Below, piece after piece: positions 38,191 to 50,269 of a stretch of DNA of 64,000 bases (positions are counted from its first letter, which is position 1; each line of letters begins with the position of its first letter). The position numbers were made by a program, and so were the translations under genes. Origin of the DNA: Nemertoderma westbladi (lineage: Eukaryota > Animalia > Xenacoelomorpha); contig JAUCBJ010006002.1 in NCBI GenBank assembly GCA_032718475.1, forward strand, positions 1-64,000. Reading direction: 5' to 3'. The notes under the pieces are model-generated. The model saw only the letters and a list, made by a program, of their open reading frames with translations, was not told the origin of the DNA and made no database searches.

Positions 38191-38429
38191 AGATTTAAAA
38201 TTTGAAGGTAAATTACCTTCTCGGAATCTCGGAATGACATTTTTCATTTTTTAAATAATTACTCCTTGGCCATTTTTTAACCAATTTTCTATATTTTTGG
38301 GTCATTCGACAGGGTTTCGGCAGTTCTTTAAAGTGTCTATTACAGTGTAGATTATACGTATATACAGTATACTTTAAAACTTATCGGTTTAAATTTTTCT
38401 ATTTCTGTTTTTACAGTCAATTTTTCAGA

Positions 38430-39800
38430 TTAAAGCCAAAAATTTGCACCGAATGCAGACTGGGTAGTCTAATGAGGTTCTGATTAAGGACATGGTGGGC
38501 AGTTGGCGAATTGCCCTCCCATCAGCAGATTATAGTGGCAAAGGTGGAATGGGTATATTGATGAATCCAACTGCACATGTAGCATTGGACGAAACAGACC
38601 AAATCTCCAACAACCGCATCATCCATCTTTTGCCACTTATCTTGTTCTGGATGACTGGCTAAGAAGTTTCATAAGGTGGTTCTGATTGTGTTCTACTCTC
38701 CAAGTAGAGGAGGTGGAAAATTTCTACCACAATCTCCAAATAGCTACTGATGGAGTAGTAGATCAGCATGCATTCTTAGCATTCCTGGGAGACTTCAATG
38801 CAAGTCGACTGAAACGCAGTTCAAGAAGCAGAACTGGAAAGCTATGGACTCATATTGGACACAGTGGTCAAAAGTCCCAGATAGACAATATTCTGTTTCA
38901 TAGGAAATACAGAAACTCTATACAAGACTGTAATGCATTTACACTTCGACCCTTCTCCAGTGATCACCGCGTTATTGTGGTCAAGGTAAGACTTAGTCTG
39001 CGCGCTAGCAGAACAACGAAATCTGCCTTGCCACGGCATGACTGGTCCTCTCTGTTGCAACAGCCAAGTGTGAGATCCAGCTTCACACTACAGCTGAGCA
39101 TCAGGTTGAAGCTCTTGCCTTAGAGGGGGCAGATCACTGCGAGAGCTATATGGCCTTTACAGAAACTGTTAAGTTAGCAGCTGCAGAAACAGTTCCTGTA
39201 TACCCTCGAAACAGGGAAAAGGCCCCCTGGGCTGACCACAAAATTTGGAAGTGCCGAAATGACCTCAATAAGGCTAAGAAAGAGTCCCGACTCAAACAGA
39301 CTACAGCGGCCAAGAATGCAGTTAAAGCTGCATCTAGGTCCCTGAACAGGCAATACTCTGTTAATCTGCAGGAGCTTATAAACCAAGAGGTTGATGCCAT
39401 CAATGATGCTGATGACAGCAGGCAATCATCCCAGGCATGGAAATCGATCAATTTGCTGACTGGGCCGAAAGGCCAACCAACCACCAAGGTTAAGGCAGAA
39501 TCACTCGCCGATCACTTTGAAAAGCTCCTCAATAATGACAGGGTTTTGTCTGAGTCTGTACTCCCAGATATTCCCATTGGCGATATCTTCTTTGCGGAAG
39601 TGAAGGCTGCTGCAAAGCGCATTAAGATCAATCGTGCTAGTGGAGTATATGGTAACCCCCAGAGGTCTTTAAAATACCTGAGGGCTGTTTGGGGCTCATT
39701 TATCCCATCATAGTTGATACGTACAGAACGACAGGAGTCCCACAAGAAATGAAAACAAATAAGCTATTGCTAGTTCCCATGAAGGTCAAATTAACACGAA
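38430..39800 (+). mobile_element. Second, partial copy of the RTE family found at 5700-9967
   Basis: Near-identical peptides (QIDNIL, IQDCNAFTLRPFSSDHR, ESVLPDIPIGDI) with internal deletions. Truncated at the start of RT. Confidence 0.92.
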
Positions 39801-41717
39801 AAGGTTGTTATGGATAAATCACAGATGCGAGGGATTTACATTCCAGCGCGATTTTATCAATTGTTAATTATACTCCACTTTGACAAAATAACAGTAGACT
39901 TCTCAAAAAGGTTCCCAACGATTACGCTTTGGAGCGTTAGTAGTAATATTTAATTCAACTCTTGAATTTGTTGTCTTAAAAACTATTTCATACGTAATAT
40001 AATCTCAGGCAGTAAAAGCAAAAATAACCTTTGACGTGCAAAAAAATTACTTGTTTACGATGTATGCATGTGTACTGTGCAGGCCTAGTATTGTTTATAT
40101 AATAAATTTTATATATACGTAGCAATTCAAGTTTTCAATTCACTTGCTTTCACAATGCAATTCAATTCACTGTTTTCTATAGCGAAAGATTGAGAGCGAA
40201 AATAACAATTCTGACTTACCCACTAAGAAATCGGTTGGTTAAGGTCAAATAATATCTGTTTCAAATTTCATGCAATCTCATTACGATTTGTGTAGAAAAA
40301 TTGATCTGGGGTAGGGGTTGTGTGTATGTCACAGAATTCTGTCACAGTATTCAGCGAAAAGGTGTATCCTATATATGCTGGGGCCTTCGCAAAGTACCAA
40401 GTCTAGATGAGTCTTAACGTATAAGTACAATTAGAGGACCGCGTCATTCCTAACAAATTTCAGATGAAACTGATTGTCTGTTATATAATTTATAGCTACT
40501 TCTTGGATTAATACAATTATTCGCCCCCAGGACTAGACAAACAGAGCAATTATAGAAGTATGACGTCTGTGCGTAAAACTTCTCAACTTTTGATAAAATA
40601 CATGTGTACCAAGTTTTGTACCATTTCATCAATGACTGGCCGACTTATTATTAAGCCTTCAAACGACGACGACAAAAACGACATTGACGAAGACTACATA
40701 ATTATACCTATATAACTATATAATTATACATAATTAATATGTCAACTAATTCTACCGCTTGTGCAAAGGCTCCCCAAGACCTCATGGCTCTCCCCACATA
40801 ACGAATTTAATTTCGTTATATATTTAATGCGATGCGCATTTTATCTTACATCAATGTGATAAACTTCTAAATGCGCGGCATATTAAAACTTCAATTAATT
40901 TAATTTAGATAGACTTCGATTTACAGGATTGAAAGCTCACTCAGTGTTTTGAGTAGACGTGTTGTTGCCTTTTATAAATCGCTTTATTGTTAAATAAATT
41001 TGGCTATTCAGACGTCCATCGCTTTCAGTTATGCATAACCGCTTGAGGGCAATCCTTACTTTTCTGGACAGGGCCACCATATGCATAAATATATTGTAAG
41101 TACTATAGATCTCACTCTATTTGGACTAATTATGATTAAAGATATAGTCTGTGGATTACTGGTATCGTAAACGCTACCGCTTACTACTATATTTTAATAC
41201 AACAAAATCGTGTTTGCTGACTTATCTTATTTCGTGTTGAATCACTCGAAATTGAGGTGGCTATGGAAAAATAATATAAACCAGTATAATTGTGTAAACA
41301 CTGGATGATTTGATAACAGTAACACATTTTATGAATAGCCGATATCATAGTGCAATTTATTGTTACATCAAACACTGGCCGAAATGGGCTGAAACGTTTT
41401 GTATAGTTTTCTGGCACCAACTTATAATTCTAATTCGTAAAGGTTGCTTATCCTATCCTTATTAACATAATAATTTAAGGTATTGGTAAATATTAGCCCG
41501 TTCGCTGATATTGATATAGCAATTTTAAAAAGAGGGTTAGAGAGTTAATGTCTTTTCAACCTTGAAAGTTAGATTGGAGCCTAACCTGCCGATCTCTTTA
41601 CTTCATTTATTTTTAAGATTATTTGATTAGTTGACTTGTAAATATCAAATTATTCGTAATTTCGATCACTAATTGTTAATATTATTCCTGATTTACTGAG
41701 ATATAAAAGTTTTAACC

Positions 41718-42194
41718 ATGGAATTATTTGACAAATCGATATTGTTGAACATCAAAGAAGTTAAGACGATCCCTTTTTGGCAGGGAGTTTGCGGTGAGAT
41801 CGTCGGAACATTTACTTTCGTTTTCATTATAATGGCAACGGCAACTACCGACTTCATGACCAGTGAAACACTCACCCCGTCACATCTACTCTTCATTGCA
41901 GCCTCCATAGGTTTTGGTTTGGCTGTTACTATTCAGATATTTGGACCAATTAGCGGCGCCCATCTGAATCCGGCCGTATCATTGGGTTTAGTTCTGTCGA
42001 ATAGAACGTCTCTCGTTCGCACAGTCCTATACATAGTCGCTCAGCTTATAGGAGCCATATTGGCAGCGGTGGTGGCTCTAGGTCTGAAGGGAACAGAAGC
42101 TGTTGGAGGAGCATGTAACGCTTTGCAGGCGGGTGTGACCATAGGCAACGGTGTTGCCTTCGAAGTACTCGGGACTTTCATTTTGGTTACCACC
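41718..42194 (+). CDS. Aquaporin (MIP family), exon 1
   Basis: FWQGVCGEIVGTF (TM1), [10 protein letters not shown] (first NPA), YIVAQLIGA, FEVLGTFILV. Phase-0 donor ACC|GTGAGT at 42194/42195. Confidence 0.95.
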
Positions 42195-42511
42195 GTGAGT
42201 AGATATATCTACATTATAATTAACAAATTTAATCCATTAATTAAGTCATTAATTTATATCTTTATTTATTAAATCATTAAAAATATATATAATATAAAAA
42301 TTAAATTTAATCATAACTATATTTTAATAGTTTAATATATGTGCGGAATCGAGTATTAGTGTGTTTTATTGCTATGGTATTGACAGGTAGTAATAAATTT
42401 TATTGATATAGATTCTGAGAATACTAATATGTTTAATTGATTAGATATTGGGGAACACTAATATGTTTCAGTAATTAGTTGCTGGCCATCACTATATGTT
42501 TTATTGATTAG

Positions 42512-42682
42512 GTATTGGCGAGCACAAACACAAAGAACGCTGCCCCCGCAGACCCAGCATTCGCGATTGGTACTGCAGTTTTTGTTGCCCATCTAATCGG
42601 TATTAAATACACCGGAACTTCGGTTAATCCCGCTAGGAGCTTCGGTCCTGCACTGGTGTCTGGGACTTGGAAGGACCACTGG
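42512..42682 (+). CDS. Aquaporin exon 2
   Basis: Acceptor GATTAG|GTA. Encodes [40 protein letters not shown] (second NPA). Donor TGG|GTAAGG. Confidence 0.95.
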
Positions 42683-43089
42683 GTAAGGATAGCAGAATAA
42701 TTATTTGAGGTGAAATTTTTGAAATTGGTGTTATCTATTTTTTAGTGAAATTTTGATGTGATTGAAATTGGTAATCTTAAATGATGTAAGTATAGGTTTC
42801 ATAACAGAAAATTCCCTAATTCAAAGCAACATGTTACAAGATGTGAACTATTCCTAAGTAACTGGGTTTCATTTATCCGATTTCGCTTCCTTTTGTTGTA
42901 TTTAAAATACTTGACGGCTCCCTTTTAATGGCCATTAATAGTTATCAGAGTCAGAGATAAGGATAACGGACAGTATTGGGTTGGGCTAATGTGAGTTAAT
43001 GACAGGATTCCATCCTAAATCTGATGAATTAAGGGTATGTGCCTGCCAGTTTATAGACAAATCGCCAAAACTCACTAATTAATTCCGAT

Positions 43090-44830
43090 GACTTTTGAGA
43101 GATTATCCGCGCATCTATAAGGCCAAGTGTCCTTTATTAGGCTTCTAAAGAATATCATGTTCTGCACACTATGGCTGTTCTCTCCATGAGGCCACCAAAG
43201 GCATCTTTCCAAATAACATGGCTAAAACCCTTATTCTACCCCAACTGAAATCAGCAAGCCGTGACATCCATGATAATGGAAGTTACAGAGCGATATCCGT
43301 AGCCCCCATTATCACGAAATTATTGTAGTTGATGAAATAAAGAAAATTAGAACCAATGACCTACAGATGGGTTATAAGTCTGGTTATGGAACAGACAGAC
43401 GTTCCATACTTAATGGCAAGCAAAATCATCAAACACTTTAATACGCAAGGCTCAAATGTCTACATGGTGTCGCTTGATCTTACGGCTGCCTTTGACAACT
43501 GTGTCATATAAAACTTTATTTGATAAATTAGAAGACACAACATAAACAAGTCCGTTCTGTTTTCGTTGGTATCATATTATAAGAAGTCGAATGGATATAT
43601 AGCTATGAATGGACAAATAACTAAAAGTCCAATAAAACTTAAATGTGGTGTTAGGCAAGGTGGTGTCCTGTCTCCACTAATTTTCAACATCTACCTTTTG
43701 GAGTTGTTCGACAAACTAGAAAAATCAGACAATAAAACTGCCTTTCCTGGAATATCTTAGCTGACAACATTTTATTGCTTGCCAATCTAAAGGGAGATAT
43801 ACAAACATTAGCAATGATATGCGAAGAATATTTTATAAAACATAATCTACGTCTGAATCGGAAAAAGACATAGTTTGTCGTGAGCCCGGCAACGCAAAGA
43901 GATAAAGCTGACATTAGCCTTGGGAGCAATATTAGTGACAATGTTCATCTAAAGGATGGTACCAGACTTACGGGAACCCAATTCTGTACCTTCCTTGGTC
44001 TGCCACTGCCAGCTGTCGAATGGAAATTGAAAGACCATTTTATCCAGAGAATATGCTCTAATGTAAACAAACTATAATCTAGAGGTTTTGGTCCGGACTG
44101 TGTGCCTTTCTATGTAAAATCCAGGCTAATCTGGAAGACAGTGTGTACACCATCTGCTCTATACGGCTCAGCAATAATTCTAGCATCAATGATCGGCAAT
44201 CTGTCAACAGTCTGGCATAAGGCACTACGAGGCATCCTTGGGGTTGGCAACTACGTGTCTAACCAGTCTCTATATAGCGTCTTTGGAATGATTGAATTTG
44301 AGGATATGCAAAGGAGCTCACAACTACGCGCACTACACAACGCCTTTAATTGTGACAACAACAAAATATCATATTTATTCTCATATATTTTTACACGCCA
44401 TCTAGCAGGAGTGGTACATGAACCAATTTTTGACGACTACAGGCTTTCTTTCTTTCTTTCTTTCTACCTGGGCACGGTATGATGTGAAACAAATATGTAA
44501 ACTTCCGTACACAATTTGATACCTTATATATATGGTCAATTTTAGATAAGCCTAATATATCATATTCTCTGAAACACAAATGTATCTACGATTATTTTAG
44601 TCGTACTTGGGTGCAGTTGGATCATTAGAATTTTGATGACACCAATGTCCATCATGCCACATATAATGCATTTAATGCCAATAATAATTTTGATGTGGAA
44701 AAAAAATATATAACCATTTTATTTTAATTTAAATCTTAATTTCGTTCTTATACAATAATATGTGTATATTTTAATCATGTACAGTTACAATATTGTTGTC
44801 CGACCATTTTAATTAAAGCCGCTGGGGCCT
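43090..44830 (+). mobile_element. Decayed LINE RT in aquaporin intron 2
   Basis: YRAISVAPIITKLL, SLDLTAAFD, GVRQGGVLSPLIFNIY, *ADNIL, TFLG, PSALYG. Confidence 0.88.
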
Positions 44831-46089
44831 TATACCGGATTGAACAAAAAAAGCACAAGCTCGTGTGGTGTGCGGGCTGATTCTCAAGGAGAAAGCAATG
44901 TCCCACAAAGCGGAGGCGGCTCAGTTCAATAGTGAACTTGGGGACTAATGAGACCCCTCCAATGCTGTACGTAGATGGTCTTGGTTGATATGTGTGTGCT
45001 GTACTTGATACAATGATCGGAATAGCATTCTTGTATGTTCTATCTCACGAAATTTAGTGTCTTCAGCCATTGGAGCTCAGTTGTCCTTTCATAAAAGAGT
45101 ACTGGTTCTTCTGCTGCACTAAATACTCGAACCTTCAAACTCCTTATGTATTCTGTGCAACTTCTAAATTCTGGACAGCCCAATCAATGCTACCATGCAT
45201 TCACCTTACGTATTTGAAGGACCTAACTTCTGGATTCACGGTCACAACTAGCAGAATTCATCCACATTCTCATGCATACCATACTTTATACTGGTGGTTC
45301 ATATGATCAGACATTTGCTGAGGGCTGTGATAGTTAACTGACAAAATTCTGGTTAAATTTGAGTTAACGAAAAGACCCACTAGAAGCAGCCGTTACTCGA
45401 AAGCATTCAAGAGCCGTTAGGCCCATTAGTTATTCTGGGAGAACTCCTAAGATATCATTATCTTAGGTATCGATATCTCGATCATTATAGTACACGGCTG
45501 GATTTGGTCGGCTTATGGAGTATGGAGTGGTGTCAAGTCAGGACTACTTGGTTATTCATCCAGGAAACCTGCCAGCATAAAGGTAATGCCAGATAGTGGT
45601 AGCGATGACCTTCTTAAAAGGGCATGATCATCGGGTCGTAAAATTAGAACTCCCTTGGATTTGAAATAAAAACCCTACGCGGCTGCATGTGTATAATTAT
45701 TTGCCTGACCAGGCAGACGGATGGTAATCTAAGACCTGGAATCAGTTCCCCGGTATAAAAAGACAAAGGCGACCAAAGATGTGGATAAGGCAGCAATTAA
45801 GGATGTATCAAAGGTCCCTGAACAGACACTACTCTGATAATATACGTATGTATTCATGTTAATGTGCTGTGCCCGCATATCCACTGTTTCAGCAGGCACG
45901 TATTGGTAATTCATCCTTACGTCCAGATCGGGATTTGTTAGGTTGTGGGGCATTAGGTCCTGCTGAATTCGGTCTTTGGTCCTTTGCCTAATTAATTAAT
46001 TACTTAATTCGAGACTTAACTTCTGTTTTATTTTCGTTTATTTTTATTTTCAAAAATACTTGCCAGTGTATCCTGCTCATTTCGCTTAA

Positions 46090-47163
46090 TAGGGTTGGTG
46101 CATGCACGAAAAAATTGTTGGGCCTGTAACAATTGAGAAGGAGGTATCAAGTTGCCCTGAATGGAGTGAAAGACTATGTTTTTTGTAAAAACACGAGGAA
46201 ACGGTCAAATTGGGGGGTTTTAATAAGCTCGGGAAGCCAATTTTCAAAATCGGCTGTGATTGGCTGCTACAGATTTGACGTCACTACAAAATGCTCTGGT
46301 AATTTCTTATCTTGGTTTCAATGGAAAGTGATTTTCAATACATTCATTTACACATTAAATCTCAATCATTTCACATATGGCTTATATCAATTGAAAACTG
46401 AGAGTCTTGCGCGTCTTCTGACACTACAATTAATTAAATACATTATGAACATTGATAAAATGCTGTTTCCAGCAGTATTTCCAGCAGCAATACTGCATTC
46501 AAAGCTGTATTTAGTACGGTAAGGCCTATAGATTAGATATATAATAACACTAAACTTGTAATACCGTTCAGCCGGTACTATAATTACTATAATTATTATT
46601 ATATAACTACCGGTTCCTCAGAATATTAAAAATGTGTGTACCAATCACCGGTAGCATAAGAGCCTTTGGTTTACCCGGCTTACTGAAGTAAGCTGCATTG
46701 CTCCGATACTACAATGCAATAGGGTGACAGGGCTGAGTGCTTGCATACCGGCCAGGCAATCTGCCGAGTTTACAATTGTGAACAGCATTTCATCAATGTT
46801 CCCCATCATAATCTAATTAATTGTAGTGTCAAACGTCGCGCAGGACACCCCGCTTTCAATTGATATAAGCCACATATGAAATGATTGAGATTTTAGGTTC
46901 ATTTGAATGGATTGAAAATCACTTTCCATAGAAACCAAGATAAGAAGTTACCAGAGCACTTTGTAGTATAATGTCAAATCTGTATCGGCAAATCACAGCC
47001 GTTTTTCAAAATTAGCTTCCCGCGCTTACTTAAACCGGCCATTTCGACCGTTTCCTCATGTTTTTACAAAAAAACAAAATCAGCCACTCGATTCAGGGCA
47101 CCTTGTTAACCCTTAATTAATCAATAGTTTCTATCCCAACAATTATTTCGCGCACCAATCCTA
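46090..47163. mobile_element. Diverged palindromic MITE/foldback in aquaporin intron 2
   Basis: Ends TAGGGTTGGTGC / GCACCAATCCTA. Imperfect inverted arms of about 400 bp (for example TTCTTATCTTGGTTTC / GAAACCAAGATAAGAA). No clear TSD. Confidence 0.8.
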
Positions 47164-47287
47164 TTGTGAACAGACCAAATTAAATTTCCCCAGACTTAAT
47201 GACATGGATATAAAGCGACCAGGTCCTGATGCGCGAGGATATATCACATCCTACCCAGGCAATCAGTCTAGCATAAAGTTACTGACT

Positions 47288-47532
47288 AACCAACACCTAA
47301 GGTTAAGGCTGTACCAAAAACTAAGATTAAGGCAGTAACTTAACCAACACCTAAGGTTAAGGCAGAAACTTTACCAACACCTACGGTTAAGGCAGTAACT
47401 TTACCAACACCTAAGGTTAAGGCAGTAACTTTACCAACACCTAAGGTTAAGGCAGTAACTTTACCAACACCTAAGGTTAAGGCAATAACTTTACCAAAAC
47501 CTAAGATTAAGGCAGTAACTTTACCAACACCT
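47288..47532. repeat. 30-bp minisatellite (ACCAACACCTAAGGTTAAGGCAGTAACTTT), about 8 units
   Basis: Direct tandem array ending about 100 bp upstream of the aquaporin exon 3 acceptor. Confidence 0.95.
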
Positions 47533-47631
47533 GTATTATGTATTTTACAATAGTACTATAATAATAGTAAATCGTCCGCCCTATAATTGTTATTTACTTT
47601 GTATTAATCGTTATTATTTTCTCGTCTTTAG

Positions 47632-47757
47632 ATCTTCTGGATTGGTCCTATAATCGGTAGTCTTCTCGCTACTGTCATCTACACTTTGGCTGATATACGA
47701 GGGAAACCGGAAAGTGATGACGATGATGAGAATAGACATGAACTAACTCCGATGTAA
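47632..47757 (+). CDS. Aquaporin exon 3 (TM6 and C-tail; not in the ORF track)
   Basis: Acceptor TTTTCTCGTCTTTAG|ATC. Translates IFWIGPIIGSLLATVIYTLADIRGKPESDDDDENRHELTPM*, the expected HW-(I/V)(Y/F)WxGP continuation. Total protein 257 aa. Confidence 0.92.
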   Translation: MFWIGPIIGSLLATVIYTLADIRGKPESDDDDENRHELTPM

Positions 47758-47955
47758 CTCTAGTATATTATTTATATTGGAACTATATTGTCAATGCATT
47801 CGCTTAAACGGTGGGCAAAAACGCTACTCCGAGAACCGAAGAAGACTAAAGATATTATAAAAAAGTATTAAAAAACATTCATTTTGTGTTATTGACTATC
47901 GTTTATTTGCTTTGGTTAGAATAGCCGGCCAATGTATCCTTATAATTTCCCTTAA

Positions 47956-48892
47956 CGCTATTAGCACTAGGTATGTGTTGAATTTATCATAGAACACTAC
48001 TAAACACTAAAACTGTTTTTGCAAATCATAAATGTTAATTTTCATGAAAAGTAACAGATTTTCCTCAACCAAATATAAAATTTTGGAAATTTTCCAGGAA
48101 GCCTTATATGACTATATATTGGGACTGCTATTTTTAAAACTAGAAATTTTAGGGCGAGGCAAACACATTACAATTTTAAATTTTGCTGTATAATGTTTTG
48201 TTTATAAAAATTCTGGGATGCTGAATCGAATGGCAGAAAGTTCAACGAATATAAAATTACCGATATGTTTTCATAAGGGTATTATTGTGGGACGCTAAAT
48301 CGAATTGGAATACTTATTGAAAACTGTAACATGACTATGTTTTATTGCCCTGCTATGCTTTTATACGATACGGGGTTATGGAAAACCCCGACAGCGGGGA
48401 AAAGTAAATATTTCTGACACTTTTAGTAACAATTTTAGTAACAAAATTAAATTTAGTGGCGGCCATGGCAGCAATTTTGGTAGTTATTATTCTTATTTTG
48501 GGTGAATAAGTGGTTTTATATTATTTCGTTGTCAAATTTATAAAATTAGTCAATGATATCCAGGTGGGATCCCACGTCTTTTCCTAATTAGCGAAGCTCT
48601 GATTAACAAAAAGTACACCAATTTTGGTGACATTTTTGGTGAACCAATAATCCCACATAACATCCTCATTTCCAAACTGTTATTGAAATCAAAAAATTTT
48701 AAATTTTTGTGACATGCACCAAATTTTCGGGTACCACCTTGCGAAAAAAGTACAAACACGAGAATGGAGCCGTTTCTCCAAAACGTTGCTCGATAAATTT
48801 TAGGAATACTCAAAATCTTCAAATTCCTTTCATAGTAACACGTAACTCTTGGGGGCAGAAACGCCACACCAACAGTAGTGCCAATAATAGGG
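47956..48892. mobile_element. Older TTAA/piggyBac-like non-autonomous element (different subfamily)
   Basis: TTAA|CGCTATTAGCACTA ... TAGTGCCAATAATAGGG|TTAA. The ends resemble CCCTATTA... of the main family. Confidence 0.6.
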
Positions 48893-50024
48893 TTAACGTT
48901 AACACATTTTGTCGGCTGCGCTGGGGTTGTCAGTTGTCATGGCGTTTACACTCACCCCTCTTTTGCAGGGGATTTAACTGGATCATTTTCACGCTAAAGG
49001 TTTACGGTAACTGAAAGCAAAATATTTTATAATTCACTGGAAATGACGCTTTGCTGCTGCAAATCAAGCATTTTCAATCTCCGTTACAGCTCCGAGAAAT
49101 TACAACCCAGCAGTTTGTGAGCTTTGATGTTAGTTGGCTTAGTTGGCATGTTAGTTGGCAGCTTTAGTGAAATTATATTAAGTATTTTTTTCAAAGATAT
49201 CGACAGGATATTCAAAATAAAATAATAGATGTTCATAGCGAATCCTGGATGACTCCGGCTAATACCAAAATAAATTGGACCGGACCAAAGCTGGTAAATT
49301 TCACTTCGATTAAAACCGGTCTGGGACTACTTGATCGTCTCAAACTGCAGCTGCACTGTACAAAGCAGCTATTTATGCAATAACTGCCATTCAAAGGCGA
49401 GATGTTGATTCAAAGGATATCTCAGAAATGTTCAGACTGATGGCTAGACTGATGCTGATGGCTACTCCCTTCCAATAAAGGTGTTTACAGCGGATGTCGA
49501 TGTAATTAAATGATTGTGTAAATATCAGGTTGGAACCATTATACCTTATTTCGTCACTCGCCGCTTCCACCTGGCGTGATTTTCACGACCTTATCATGAT
49601 CAATGATCTTATCATAGTCTTCTTGGAACTTTTATTATGTTGTTTTGGAGTTAACATGATCCAGCTAATAATTTTTAAAATACTTTATTGAATCGCCTTG
49701 TCTTAAAGGGATCTTCTGTTGAACTTTTCCATTAAAGCTGTAGAAATCTTCAGAATTGTTAGAATTGTAGAGCTATTCAGCTTGTAGATATAATGAAATG
49801 CTTCTAGATGCAAAAAATAGCAGAAAACTGCCCCAGTGAAATCCACGCTAATTATACTGTAGCATAATTAAATATCGTTGTATTGCTTTATTGTGTTATT
49901 AGTATTATATTTATATGGGATAGATTTAAATACATCGTCTTAGATCCCCCATGATACACCCATTCGTTCCTTACAATACCAATACTGTTCAATATCACCC
50001 ATGCCAATTCCCAATTCATACATT

Positions 50025-50263
50025 GGAAACTGGACGCAATAAAAATTCATCCCTCTCCATGGGATATTGGACGCAAATATCAGCTGATTATTCTCATAAA
50101 TAAAACTGTAACCTTTCTATTGTGTTTAGTTTATTGTTTTGGTTAAAATAACGTGCCACTGTAACCTGCTCCTTTCCCTAAATTGAGAATTTAACATTAA
50201 TTTTAAAATTAATTAGCCAAAGCAGGTTTTGCGTCCAGTTCCCCCCCCCCCCCCCCCCCCCCC
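50025..50263. mobile_element. Small MITE-like repeat, copy 2
   Basis: GGAAACTGGACGCAA ... TTGCGTCCAGTTCCCC; homologous to 2430-2676. Confidence 0.7.
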
Positions 50264-50269
50264 TGACTC

